Position numbers and translations under genes: made by a program
Notes under the pieces: model-generated
What the model was told of the DNA's origin: nothing
What the model saw: only the letters and a program-made list of their open reading frames with translations
The model's database searches: none
Virus record (IMG/VR): IMGVR_UViG_3300032516_002776
Location: 1 to 51,047 of that record
Strand: one strand, 5' to 3'
Length of the DNA: 51,047 bases
DNA from: a virus
Taxonomy: Duplodnaviria > Heunggongvirae > Uroviricota > Caudoviricetes
Part shown: piece after piece, positions 37,712 through 47,398 of the stretch
How the letters are laid out: each line of letters begins with the position of its first letter
Numbering within the stretch: position 1 is the first letter of the stretch

Positions 37712-37803
37712 AATACAATTGAAAAATTGTATTATGTGAAAATGGGGCGGCGATTCCGAAACCAGTCGCCGCCCTATTGACACAAAGTTATTGAGGAAAT
37801 AAT

Positions 37804-38991
37804 ATGGCTAACAATAAAAAGAAATCAACATCTAATGAAAGTATAACAGAACACATTAATATACAACCAAAACAATCTCGCGACGATTTGCTGACAGATT
37901 TAGCTGAACAATTAAATAAGAATAATAAGGAGGGCGGTAAAATTGCTTTCTTTCTTGATGAACAAGATGACCCTTCAAGTATAACCGATTGGATTTCAAC
38001 AGGCAATTCAATTTTAGATTTAGCAATTAGCAATAGACCAAATGGCGGTTTGCCTGTCGGAAGAATGATAGAATTTAATGGTCTTGAAGGAACGGGAAAG
38101 AGTATGGTTGCTGCACATATCTGTGCAGAGACACAGAAAAAAGGTGGAAAAGCAATTGTAATTGATACGGAAAACTCTGCCGCACCAGCATTTTGGGAAA
38201 GCCTTGGAGTCAATCTTGCATCATTGTTGTATGTGCAAAGAGAAACTGTTGAGCAAATTTTTGAAACTATTGAAAATGCAATAGCTTATATACGAAAGAA
38301 TACAAAAGATGCGTTATTGACGATTATTGTTGATAGCGTTGCAGGAGCAACTACCCAGAAAGAATTAGAAAGTGAGCATGGTGTAGATGGTTATAACACC
38401 GGCAAAGCTATTATTATCAGTAAGGCAATGCGTAAAATAACAAATATGATAGGCCGGCAACGCGTTCTAATTGTTTATACAAATCAACTTCGTATGAATT
38501 TGGCCGCGATGGCATTTGGCGATAAGTATGTTGTTAGTGGTGGCAAAGCGCTTGCATTCCATTGCTCTGTTCGTGTGCGTCTTAGTAAAACAGGCAAACT
38601 TAAAAAGAATGATGTTATAATAGGTGATAGCCTTAAAGCGGTAGTTAATAAGAATCGTTTGGGACCACCATGGCGGCAGGCTGAATTCGATATTTATTAT
38701 GATTCTGGAATTGCAGACTATGCTAGTTGGATTGAAGTTTTGAAGAAAAATAATATTATTGAAAAAAATGGGCCGGGCTACATTTATACAAATAATGCTG
38801 GTGAGGAATTAAAATTTTCAACGAATGACTTTGTAAAGTTAATGTCAGAGAATCCTGAGTTGAAAACGGAAATTTATAAGAAGATTTGTGATGCTGTCAT
38901 TATGGTTTATAAAACTCCAAATTCGCATATTGTTGAGGATGCTGTGATTGATAATACGCCAGATGAAGATACAGAAAAGGCAGAGGACTAA
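37804..38991 (+). CDS. uvsX: RecA/UvsX recombinase
   Basis: Walker A 'GLEGTGKS', 'IIVDSVA', 'NQLRMN', 'SGGKALAFHCSVRVRL', 'KNRLGPP'. Confidence 0.93.
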   Translation: MANNKKKSTSNESITEHINIQPKQSRDDLLTDLAEQLNKNNKEGGKIAFFLDEQDDPSSITDWISTGNSILDLAISNRPNGGLPVGRMIEFNGLEGTGKSMVAAHICAETQKKGGKAIVIDTENSAAPAFWESLGVNLASLLYVQRETVEQIFETIENAIAYIRKNTKDALLTIIVDSVAGATTQKELESEHGVDGYNTGKAIIISKAMRKITNMIGRQRVLIVYTNQLRMNLAAMAFGDKYVVSGGKALAFHCSVRVRLSKTGKLKKNDVIIGDSLKAVVNKNRLGPPWRQAEFDIYYDSGIADYASWIEVLKKNNIIEKNGPGYIYTNNAGEELKFSTNDFVKLMSENPELKTEIYKKICDAVIMVYKTPNSHIVEDAVIDNTPDEDTEKAED

Positions 38992-38992
38992 A

Positions 38993-39301
38993 ATGAAAGC
39001 AAAATGTTTGCGTGATTGGAAAACTAAAGAGCGAATTGAATTGGGTGATGAAAAGTATACACGGAATCTAATTACGGGAAAAATGCAAAGTCATTCTTCC
39101 GTAAAAAAAGCGGCCCGAATATCCGCAAAACAGCTGATGAAAGCCAAAAAGATAAAAAAGATTTTCATTTCCAAAAAAAGTTATAATGCTGTCAAAAAAT
39201 TCTGCAAAGATTCAATTGCTGGAAAACATAATACTATTATTGCCGATGATGTATTAAAGGAAATAATTAGAAAATCCCGCCCAAAAAAAAGGATACAATG
39301 A
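38993..39301 (+). CDS. Small basic hypothetical protein
   Basis: Start moved to ATG 38993 (GAGGA upstream); Lys/Arg-rich. Confidence 0.5.
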   Translation: MKAKCLRDWKTKERIELGDEKYTRNLITGKMQSHSSVKKAARISAKQLMKAKKIKKIFISKKSYNAVKKFCKDSIAGKHNTIIADDVLKEIIRKSRPKKRIQ

Positions 39302-39906
39302 ACACACCACATCCATATGAAAATCAGCATAAAATGTATGCGTATAAAAATATAGATGGTACATTCTCTTTGCATGGAAAAACATTCCATTCAAAAGAAA
39401 GAATTAAAGAGTTGGGTGGGAAGTGGGACGCGGAAAAGAGACATTGGAATATTTCTGAAAATGCTTTATTGGAATTAAAGCCTTTGTTAATGATTAAAGT
39501 TAGATTGGCCGCACATTGCCATGAAGACGAAGAAATACGATTTGTGACACACAAGGAAGTAGCTTGTGGATTTGCTCGAGAAGGATGTAGCCGGTGTGAT
39601 ACGCCTGCCACTTGTGGCCAAGATGTAGCTATCTTGGAAGTGCTTGATAAGGATTCACAGCTATTAGCGGAAAAATATGAATGTTTGGATTCTAATAACA
39701 AATATGAAACATTACTAAATAAAACTTTGATTAATATTAAAAAATCTGAGACAGATGAAATTATAAAGGATGTGGCTATAAATGACATTCTTTCTAAGAA
39801 AACAGAAATAATATCAGCTTTTCGTGAAGCGGATGAAATGAAGAGTAAAATAAAAAACAATCCAGAGCAAATAGAATCAATATTGAAATCTTATGGATTT
39901 AAATAA
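39298..39906 (+). CDS. Hypothetical protein (GGKWD..W motif, Cys cluster)
   Basis: 'KELGGKWDAEKRHWNI'; HCH...C...CSRC...C potential metal site. Confidence 0.55.
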   Translation: MNTPHPYENQHKMYAYKNIDGTFSLHGKTFHSKERIKELGGKWDAEKRHWNISENALLELKPLLMIKVRLAAHCHEDEEIRFVTHKEVACGFAREGCSRCDTPATCGQDVAILEVLDKDSQLLAEKYECLDSNNKYETLLNKTLINIKKSETDEIIKDVAINDILSKKTEIISAFREADEMKSKIKNNPEQIESILKSYGFK

Positions 39907-39908
39907 AC

Positions 39909-40970
39909 ATGGAATCTCTTGATAAACAAGAAAGGGGTAAGCTTTGGTCTATCTTTCAGCATATGGATAAGACTGCTCCAGTTACTAACGCCGCTCTAAA
40001 AGACGAAGTTTTAATTGTTGATGGTCTTAATACCTTTATTCGTTCTTGGTCTGTCTCTACGACTTTAAACGACGATGGCATACATACAGGCGGCATATCT
40101 GGATTCTTAAAAAGTATTGGCTATGCAATAAAGTTGTTTAAACCAACCCGTTGTGTTATTGTATTTGATGGGGCGGGAGGGAGTTTACGACGAAAAAAAT
40201 TATATCCTGAGTATAAGAATAAGAAATCCAATAAAATGCGCATTAATCGTGCTTATGCGGGTTCGATTACTACTGATGATGAGGCCAACTCCATAAAAAA
40301 GCAATTATTTAGAGTAATCAATTATTTAGATTATTTACCAGTAACTACTATGTCAATAGATAATATTGAAGCGGATGATGCTATTGCGTATTTAGCAATA
40401 CAATATTTTAAAGATGTAAATTCTATAATAATGTCGTCTGATAAGGATTTTTTACAGCTTCTTAGTGACCGAATTAAAGTGTGGAGTCCAACTCGAAAAA
40501 AGCTTTATGGTTGTGCGGAAATGCTGACGGAATATGGAATTAGTTGTGAGAATTTTTTGAATTACAGACTTATTGATGGTGATATGAGCGATAATATTTC
40601 AGGCATAAAAGGTGCTGGTATTAAAACTATTAAAAAGTGCTTTCCGATATTTGCTGACAATCATTGTTATACATTACAAGAGATATACAATTATTGTGAA
40701 ACGCATAGAATGAAGTATAAATTGTATACCACCATTTTAGAGAATAAAGATATTTTAGAAAGAAATTATCAGTTAATGCAATTAAATGATACACAGATAC
40801 AAAGCTTTAGTCAATTAAGAATCAATGAAATCGTTGATAAACAACTTAATAAGTTAAACCGCTTTGAATTCTCAAAACTTATCACCGAAGATAAAATGTG
40901 GAATAATATACCAAATTACCAAATTTGGTTGGGTGAAGTGTTTAATCGACTTGATAATCTTGTTAAGTAA
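39909..40970 (+). CDS. rnh: 5'-3' exonuclease / flap endonuclease (T4 RNase H-like)
   Basis: 'LIVDGLNTFIR', 'VFDGAGGSLRRKKLYPEYK', 'EADDAIAYL', 'SSDKDFLQL', 'GDMSDNISGIKGAGIKT'. Confidence 0.92.
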   Translation: MESLDKQERGKLWSIFQHMDKTAPVTNAALKDEVLIVDGLNTFIRSWSVSTTLNDDGIHTGGISGFLKSIGYAIKLFKPTRCVIVFDGAGGSLRRKKLYPEYKNKKSNKMRINRAYAGSITTDDEANSIKKQLFRVINYLDYLPVTTMSIDNIEADDAIAYLAIQYFKDVNSIIMSSDKDFLQLLSDRIKVWSPTRKKLYGCAEMLTEYGISCENFLNYRLIDGDMSDNISGIKGAGIKTIKKCFPIFADNHCYTLQEIYNYCETHRMKYKLYTTILENKDILERNYQLMQLNDTQIQSFSQLRINEIVDKQLNKLNRFEFSKLITEDKMWNNIPNYQIWLGEVFNRLDNLVK

Positions 40971-40974
40971 TAAC

Positions 40975-41015
40975 AAAAAGGGGCTTGATATAAAATCAAG
41001 CCCCAATTGTTTTTA
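40975..41015. terminator. Terminator hairpin between convergent genes
   Basis: ggggcttgat-ataaa-atcaagcccc perfect 10-bp stem with A run upstream and T-rich run downstream. Confidence 0.8.
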
Positions 41016-41023
41016 TTTACTTA

Positions 41024-41878
41024 TTATGGACACCAGCCAGATGGCGGTGTAGCATACCCAGATGGAAAGCTCTTAGGATATGAAACCTTTCCTTCTTTTT
41101 TAACAGGCACGCCCATATCAATCAACGCTTCTCTGCTTGCGTAATAAATGTCGGATTGATAAACAATATTACCTCTTTCGAATTGGTCTGATACAACTTT
41201 GCTTTCAACAGAATTGCCCCAGCCAGAACCCATATCAAATCCTGACCCAGCCGAAGGCGCTCCACCTTTTAACGAACTCATTGGCTGACTACTTTTCGAC
41301 CGTACTATATCTCGATAGTCATCTATACTATTATTATAATTACACAATGTATTGTTAACAGATGATGCACCACCATATGATGTGGCGTTGTTGCTACCAT
41401 ATGGTATGTCCAAACACGGATTTGATGTAGTGGTTATAGTTGGCCATAAAGGAGGATAACAACATGGTGTCCATGTAACAACAGGTTTTATCTTTTCTTC
41501 ATATAATACAATGCCGATTATTCCACAATTTCTCTTGGCTTTGTTACTAATCCCTGCAGCATATGATTCATTCTTACATACGAATTTAAATGCTCCAACT
41601 TTATCGTTATCATACCTAAACCCTTTGATACGATAGCTATCGTTAGCATTTATTATATAACCAGCATCATTTAGACTTGCTGGTTTGCCTGTTAAAACGC
41701 TAAGACCATCCACCGAAACAACGGCTAAAATGCGTCCATAGCCATTATTATTTATTTTAATTTCATAAGCAGAAGATGCTTTTGCTTCGATATAGATTTT
41801 GCCGTCGTAAGTGTATTGTTTACACTTGTTTCCGTTGACGAGAACGTCAACGCTATTGTTTGTTAGTACTTGATACAT
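41024..41878 (-). CDS. Conserved hypothetical protein (beta-sandwich-like N-terminal domain, low-complexity C-terminus)
   Basis: Start moved to ATG 41878; 'AVVSVDGLSVLTGKPAS...GYII...IKGFR...F.F...SYAA...NCGIIG' is a recognisable but functionally unassigned family. Confidence 0.6.
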   Translation of the reverse strand: MYQVLTNNSVDVLVNGNKCKQYTYDGKIYIEAKASSAYEIKINNNGYGRILAVVSVDGLSVLTGKPASLNDAGYIINANDSYRIKGFRYDNDKVGAFKFVCKNESYAAGISNKAKRNCGIIGIVLYEEKIKPVVTWTPCCYPPLWPTITTTSNPCLDIPYGSNNATSYGGASSVNNTLCNYNNSIDDYRDIVRSKSSQPMSSLKGGAPSAGSGFDMGSGWGNSVESKVVSDQFERGNIVYQSDIYYASREALIDMGVPVKKEGKVSYPKSFPSGYATPPSGWCP

Positions 41879-42145
41879 ATTTTTTTTTCCTTTTTGTTTG
41901 GCCTCTCTTACAGAGGATTTTAATGATGATGTTGTATCATCGTTGTCAATATATAGTATCATAAAACAACTTTCAACTTTTTTTATTTCAAAAATATTTT
42001 TTATTTAAAACAAGTTGAAAAAACGCTGTTGATGAATTATTCTTGCGCATAAGCAAAGTAGAAAGATATTTATCTAAGTCACATGATTAACCCCATCACC
42101 AATTCATTTGTAAAAATTTTTCTCGCGGATGGGTTCAATAAAAAC

Positions 42146-42174
42146 TTGAGCAAAAAATATTTTTGCGATATACT
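42146..42174 (+). promoter_or_regulatory. Sigma70-like promoter for helicase
   Basis: TTGAGC-N17-TATACT; a second candidate TTGAAA-N17-TATTCT at 42015-42043. Confidence 0.5.
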
Positions 42175-42207
42175 TTTCAATGTGAGCAATCCATTCAATT
42201 ATAAATT

Positions 42208-43593
42208 ATGATTACAAACGACAAACATATTATCGACAACCTTCACAAATTCGGAAACGAATTTCAAATTAAGTGCATCTCTAGTTTACTTAGCGATAAA
42301 ACTTTCATAGAAAGAATCTGTGATATTTTAGATACAGATTATTGGGAAACCGATTCGCATAAGTGGATAGTAAAAACCATATCAGAATATTTTTATAAAT
42401 ACAAAGAAATTCCAACACTTACTACATTTAAAGTTAGTGTAGATTCAATTGAAAATGAAATATTAAAAGCGTCAGTTATTGACCAATTGAAAATGGTTTA
42501 TATAAAACTGAGTAGCACCGATATAAAATTTGTTAAAGAGCAATTTTTGGAATTTTGTAAAAATCAAAAATTGAAATCGGCTATTATTGAAAGCGTTGAC
42601 CATTTAAAAACCGGAAATTATGACAGAATAAAAAGTCTTGTTGATGGCGCAATGAAAGCGGGCATGGAAAGAAACATTGGCCATGAATATATAACTGATG
42701 TGGATGGAAGAATGAGCACCACGACCAGAGATTGTGTTAAAACAAATTGGTCTGTCATTGATTCAATATTGGATGGCGGTCTTGGAAAGGGCGAATTAGG
42801 TGTTGTAACTGCACCGGCTGGTATTGGAAAATCTTGGTTTTTAGCGCACATTGGTTCGGAATCAATGAAACAGGGAAAAAATATTGTCCATTATACACTT
42901 GAATTGAATGAAAATTATGTTGGTATTCGCTATGATGCTTGTTTTACTGGTATAGATTTTCAAAACATAAAGAATAATATTGATGTGGTTAAAGAAAGAT
43001 TGAAAACAGTACCGGGTAAATTATTTATTAAGTATTTTCCAATTAAAACCGCTTCAGCACAAACTATTAAGATTCACACCGAAAGAATTATGTCGTTGGG
43101 AACGAAAATAGATATGATTATCGTTGATTATGCTGATATATTGCGCTCTATAGATTCTATTAGAAATAGTAATAGTTATCAAGAAGCCGGTGGAATTTAT
43201 GAAGAATTAAGAGCGTGCGCTGGAGAATTGCAGATTCCTATTTGGACGGCGAGCCAAAGCAATCGTTCTAGTTTGGAAGTAGATATTATTCAAGCGAATA
43301 ACATTGCAGATAGTTATAGAAAAATAATGACAGCGGATTTTGTTATGAGCATCAGTCGTAAAATAGAAGATAAAATCAGCAATACCGCTAGAGTGCATGT
43401 AATTAAAAATAGATTTGGACCTGATGGTATGACTTATCCCACGCGAATGAATACCGGCAATGGAGACATTCAATTACACGATGAACGTTCTCAAGAAGGA
43501 ATCGGACTTATCGGAGAAATGAGCGAAGGCGAAAATGTTGTAAAGAAATTGTTATCTAATAAATGGAAATTTCACATGAATGAGCAAGAATAA
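42208..43593 (+). CDS. Replicative DnaB-like helicase (T4 gp41-like)
   Basis: Walker A 'APAGIGKS', 'YTLEL', 'IIVDYADIL', 'IWTASQSNR', 'KNRFG'. Confidence 0.93.
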   Translation: MITNDKHIIDNLHKFGNEFQIKCISSLLSDKTFIERICDILDTDYWETDSHKWIVKTISEYFYKYKEIPTLTTFKVSVDSIENEILKASVIDQLKMVYIKLSSTDIKFVKEQFLEFCKNQKLKSAIIESVDHLKTGNYDRIKSLVDGAMKAGMERNIGHEYITDVDGRMSTTTRDCVKTNWSVIDSILDGGLGKGELGVVTAPAGIGKSWFLAHIGSESMKQGKNIVHYTLELNENYVGIRYDACFTGIDFQNIKNNIDVVKERLKTVPGKLFIKYFPIKTASAQTIKIHTERIMSLGTKIDMIIVDYADILRSIDSIRNSNSYQEAGGIYEELRACAGELQIPIWTASQSNRSSLEVDIIQANNIADSYRKIMTADFVMSISRKIEDKISNTARVHVIKNRFGPDGMTYPTRMNTGNGDIQLHDERSQEGIGLIGEMSEGENVVKKLLSNKWKFHMNEQE

Positions 43594-43648
43594 TTGTTGT
43601 GGTTTTATAAAACTCAAATACTTATTGTTTATATACTGAAAAAGTTTT

Positions 43649-45613
43649 ATGAATACAAAAATCACTAATCCGATATTATCTTCCGATTTTATAAAAAAGT
43701 ATAAAAACAGACAGCCAAATTGGGGTTTTAATGGATTGGGCTATATTGTTTTTAAACGCACCTATGCACGAACTAAAGACGATGGCACAACAGAAGAATG
43801 GTGGGAAACAGTAAGGCGTTGTGTTGAAGGCGCACAACGATTAGGCGCTGATTATAGTGTAGAAGAAGCGGAACGCTTATATGATTATATTTTTAACTTA
43901 AAGGGATGTTTTAGTGGAAGAAGTTTGTGGCAGTTGGGAACAACACTCGTTGATGAATTAAAACTTGGAGATTCGCTATTAAATTGTTGGGGAACAAAAG
44001 TCTCTGAAATTGGCGATTTTAAATTTTATGTCATGGAGAGTATGTTTGGGGGTGGCGTTGGGGGAAATTTATCAAAAGAATACACACAAGAATTACCTCG
44101 AGTAAAACGAGATGTAAGATGTAGATTAAAAAAGACAAATGATGCGGATTATATCGTTCCTGATAGTAAAGAAGGCTGGAAGGAATGTTGGGGCAAGATT
44201 TTAGAGGCATATTTAAATACAGGCACTTCTTTTACATATTCTACAGTTTGTATAAGAGCCAGCGGCGAACCACTAAAAACTTTTGGTGGTATCGCTCCTG
44301 GCGAAAAACCATTGATAGATGGCACACAAGAATTGTGTAAGATTTTGGAACGCAGAGAGGGTAAAAAATTACGCACAGAAGATGTGTATGATATTATCTG
44401 TGTTGGTGGAGAAATGGTTAAATCTGGCGGTATAAGACGCACGGCTATTATTGTTGGTGGTGACCCCGATGATGCTGGTTATACAACTCTTAAACGATGG
44501 GATTTAGGCACAATGATACCAAATTATCGGTCTAATGCAAACAATTCTATATTGTGTCCTAAGTTTGAATATCTTTCTAACTCATATTGGGAGGCTTTCG
44601 CGGGTGGTGGCGAAGTATATGGATTAATTAATTTACCATTGATGCGAAAATATGGCAGACTGGGAGAAGAAAAGTATGGCGGACTTGATTTAAATTCTCC
44701 CGACATTATTATATGTAATCCGTGTGGAGAAGCAAATTTAGAGGATAAAGAACCATGCAATTTAGCCGAGTTGGTTTTGCCAAATATAAAATCTAAAGAA
44801 GAAATGTTGGATATAGCTATCTTATTATATAAGACACAAAAAGCTATTTGTAATATGAATTATGTTCATGAAGAAACCAATAAGGTTGTTCATCGAAATT
44901 TTAAAATTGGACAAAGTATCACAGGAATTTGTCAGCGATTGGATGTTGTAAAAGAATGGGGAAATTATACTTATAGAGGTCTTAGAAAATTTGACAAAGA
45001 GTGGTCAAAGAAAAAAGGTTATCCCGAATCCAATAGAATGACAGTAATACAACCATCTGGCACAAAAGGTTTAGTGTTTGGAACAACTCCCGGAGGACAT
45101 CCTGGCTTTTCAAAGTATTTTATCCGCCGAATAAGATTTTCATCGAATGACCCACTTATAGAGATTCTCAAACAACACAATTATCACATTGAACCCGAAA
45201 TAAGATTTGATGGTTCTAAAAACCATAACATATTAGTCATTGACTTCCCATGTGAATTTGATGATAGTACATTATTAGCAAAAGATTGTGGAGTGATTAA
45301 ACAATTGGAAATAATGAAAATGCTTCAAGAAGAGTGGGCGGACCAATCTGTATCAATTACTGCATATTATAAGAAAGAAGATTTGCCAGAAATAAAAGAG
45401 TGGTTAAAACAAAATTATAATAATAGTGTAAAAACTGTAAGTTTCTTGCTTCATAGTGAGCACGGCTTTATTCAAGCTCCATATGAAGAAATAAACAAAG
45501 AAACATATGAAGCATTAAAAGAGAATATTGTTCCATTTAAAGGATTTGAAACAATCACAGGCAGTGAGATTGATGGCGTTGAATGTACCAATGGTATTTG
45601 CCCAATTAAATAA
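43649..45613 (+). CDS. nrdJ: Class II (adenosylcobalamin-dependent) ribonucleotide reductase, monomeric type
   Basis: 'VFKRTYAR', 'LLNC', 'GGIRRTA', 'NPCGE', 'TVIQPSGT', C-terminal 'ECTNGICPIK'. Confidence 0.9.
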   Translation: MNTKITNPILSSDFIKKYKNRQPNWGFNGLGYIVFKRTYARTKDDGTTEEWWETVRRCVEGAQRLGADYSVEEAERLYDYIFNLKGCFSGRSLWQLGTTLVDELKLGDSLLNCWGTKVSEIGDFKFYVMESMFGGGVGGNLSKEYTQELPRVKRDVRCRLKKTNDADYIVPDSKEGWKECWGKILEAYLNTGTSFTYSTVCIRASGEPLKTFGGIAPGEKPLIDGTQELCKILERREGKKLRTEDVYDIICVGGEMVKSGGIRRTAIIVGGDPDDAGYTTLKRWDLGTMIPNYRSNANNSILCPKFEYLSNSYWEAFAGGGEVYGLINLPLMRKYGRLGEEKYGGLDLNSPDIIICNPCGEANLEDKEPCNLAELVLPNIKSKEEMLDIAILLYKTQKAICNMNYVHEETNKVVHRNFKIGQSITGICQRLDVVKEWGNYTYRGLRKFDKEWSKKKGYPESNRMTVIQPSGTKGLVFGTTPGGHPGFSKYFIRRIRFSSNDPLIEILKQHNYHIEPEIRFDGSKNHNILVIDFPCEFDDSTLLAKDCGVIKQLEIMKMLQEEWADQSVSITAYYKKEDLPEIKEWLKQNYNNSVKTVSFLLHSEHGFIQAPYEEINKETYEALKENIVPFKGFETITGSEIDGVECTNGICPIK

Positions 45614-45622
45614 AGAGGTTAT

Positions 45623-45871
45623 ATGAAAGAAGAGAGATTGCATGAAAAATGGCTAGAATATTGTGAGGGAAAAAATATAATATTTGAATTTGATAAATTA
45701 AAAGCACATTTACAAAAAGAAAAAATGAGTGCTATTGGAAAAGAGTCGGATGTATTGTCTTTTTGGACAAAAAATATTATGAAATTTATATCAGATTATA
45801 AAATTGATTGTAATGATTCTGATAACTTAAAAAAGCTGATTATGCTTTGTTTGACGATGGGAGAGTTGTAA
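45623..45871 (+). CDS. Hypothetical protein
   Basis: 82-aa ORF between nrdJ and thyX, GAGG SD. Confidence 0.5.
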   Translation: MKEERLHEKWLEYCEGKNIIFEFDKLKAHLQKEKMSAIGKESDVLSFWTKNIMKFISDYKIDCNDSDNLKKLIMLCLTMGEL

Positions 45872-45872
45872 T

Positions 45873-46583
45873 ATGGATAAAGGTTATACGATTTCAGTTT
45901 TAGACCATCATGGGTTTGTGCGTTATATAGACCATATGGGTACAGACCAAAGAATTTGTGAAGCGGCTAGAATAAGCTATAAGTCTCCAAGTAAGGGAGA
46001 AGATTCCGATAAGAAATTAATCGAATATCTTTGGAAGAATAAACACACAAGCCCCTTCGAGATGATAAAATTAACTCTGAATATCAAAATGCCAATCTTT
46101 GTGATGCGGCAGTATGTTAGACACCGGATGCAGAATTTAAATGAAGTCAGTGCACGATATACGGAATTACCGAATGAGTTTTATATACCAAAAGAATGGA
46201 GAAAACAAGATGGTAAGAATAAGCAAGGAAGTGTAAACGAAGAAAAATTCAATCCTAAATTGTGGGCAGATAGATATAAAGACGCTACGAATGCAGTTTA
46301 TTTACATTGCTCAGAATCTTATGCTCTTTATGAAAATTTAATTGATGCTGGTATTGCAAGAGAAATGGCTCGGATGGTGTTGCCTCTAAACATTTATACC
46401 GAAATCTACGCATGTTGGGATATGAAAAACCTCTTACATTTTATAACATTGCGTGGTGATGAACATGCGCAATGGGAAATACAAGAATACAGCAGGGCTA
46501 TTAAGTCTATTTGTAAAGAATTATTTCCTATGACAATGGAAGCTTATGAGAAATATAAGTGGAAGTTGATTGAAGAAATATAA
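45873..46583 (+). CDS. thyX: Flavin-dependent thymidylate synthase
   Basis: RHR-x7-SAR motif 'RHRMQNLNEVSARY', 'HTSPFE', 'EMARMVLP', 'HAQWEI'. Confidence 0.95.
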   Translation: MDKGYTISVLDHHGFVRYIDHMGTDQRICEAARISYKSPSKGEDSDKKLIEYLWKNKHTSPFEMIKLTLNIKMPIFVMRQYVRHRMQNLNEVSARYTELPNEFYIPKEWRKQDGKNKQGSVNEEKFNPKLWADRYKDATNAVYLHCSESYALYENLIDAGIAREMARMVLPLNIYTEIYACWDMKNLLHFITLRGDEHAQWEIQEYSRAIKSICKELFPMTMEAYEKYKWKLIEEI

Positions 46584-46584
46584 A

Positions 46585-46612
46585 TTGACTTTTTATTGTT
46601 TTTGGGTATAAT
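46585..46612 (+). promoter_or_regulatory. Sigma70-like promoter
   Basis: TTGACT-N16-TATAAT, 9 nt before ATG 46622. Confidence 0.65.
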
Positions 46613-46621
46613 TCTTGTGGT

Positions 46622-47398
46622 ATGACTGAATCGAATTTTGTAGACACATCAAAAGTTTATTTACGACAAATTGACAAATCTGTTGCAAAAAGTATGATTA
46701 TTACTTTTCATTATAGTCATAAATGGACACTTTGCCAAGTCGCTTACGGAATTTATTATAAAACAGATATTCATCTTGGCTTTATTGAAGGCACCCAAGA
46801 TGAACTGATAGGCTGTATAGTTTATGCTCAACCCGTAGGAAGAAGCGCAGCTGCTAGTATTACGCCCTTGCTGAATATTAGTGAAGTCTTTGAACTCACG
46901 CGGCTTTTTATACATGATGGCTATGGTAAAAATATAGAAAGTTATTGTATAACTCAATCGTTTAAACTATTACACAGAGATTTTCCACACATTAAATGTG
47001 TGTTGTCTTATGCAGATGGCGAACAACACCATAAGGGAACAATATATCAAGCCGTCGGCTTTATATATCAAGGCAACTCAAGTATTGCATTAATGCCCAA
47101 TTATAGTGTTAGTTTGGAGGGACCGCCAAATTATAAGTGGATTCATAGTCGGACAGTAAGTTCGACTTGGGGCAGTCATAATGTAGAGCATTTAAAGAAA
47201 GCAATTGGAAAAACGTTTTGGAGAAAGAAAGAAAGCAATAAACACCGCTATGTTATATTCATTTGCAATAAGATTTTAAAGAGAAAATTGATTGAGACAT
47301 TAAAGCATCCTGCCATAGCATATCCTAAAAGTACGGAACACAAAGACGAAATCGAAGAGATTAATTGTCAAAATAAACCGAAGAATTCATTTTTCTGA
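46622..47398 (+). CDS. Mom-like adenine-modification / GNAT-fold protein
   Basis: 'FHYSH', 'ELTRLFI', 'VLSYADGEQHHKGTIYQAVGFIYQG'. Confidence 0.7.
   Translation: MTESNFVDTSKVYLRQIDKSVAKSMIITFHYSHKWTLCQVAYGIYYKTDIHLGFIEGTQDELIGCIVYAQPVGRSAAASITPLLNISEVFELTRLFIHDGYGKNIESYCITQSFKLLHRDFPHIKCVLSYADGEQHHKGTIYQAVGFIYQGNSSIALMPNYSVSLEGPPNYKWIHSRTVSSTWGSHNVEHLKKAIGKTFWRKKESNKHRYVIFICNKILKRKLIETLKHPAIAYPKSTEHKDEIEEINCQNKPKNSFF

Noticed and set aside
42083-42211. 42-codon ORF (MINPITNSFVKIF...) upstream of the helicase
   Set aside because: No SD, overlaps a promoter candidate, no recognisable features; likely spurious.
37804-45613. Inteins or group I introns in recA, helicase or nrdJ
   Set aside because: ORFs are continuous and of normal length, with no C/S...HN splice motifs or interrupting endonuclease domains.
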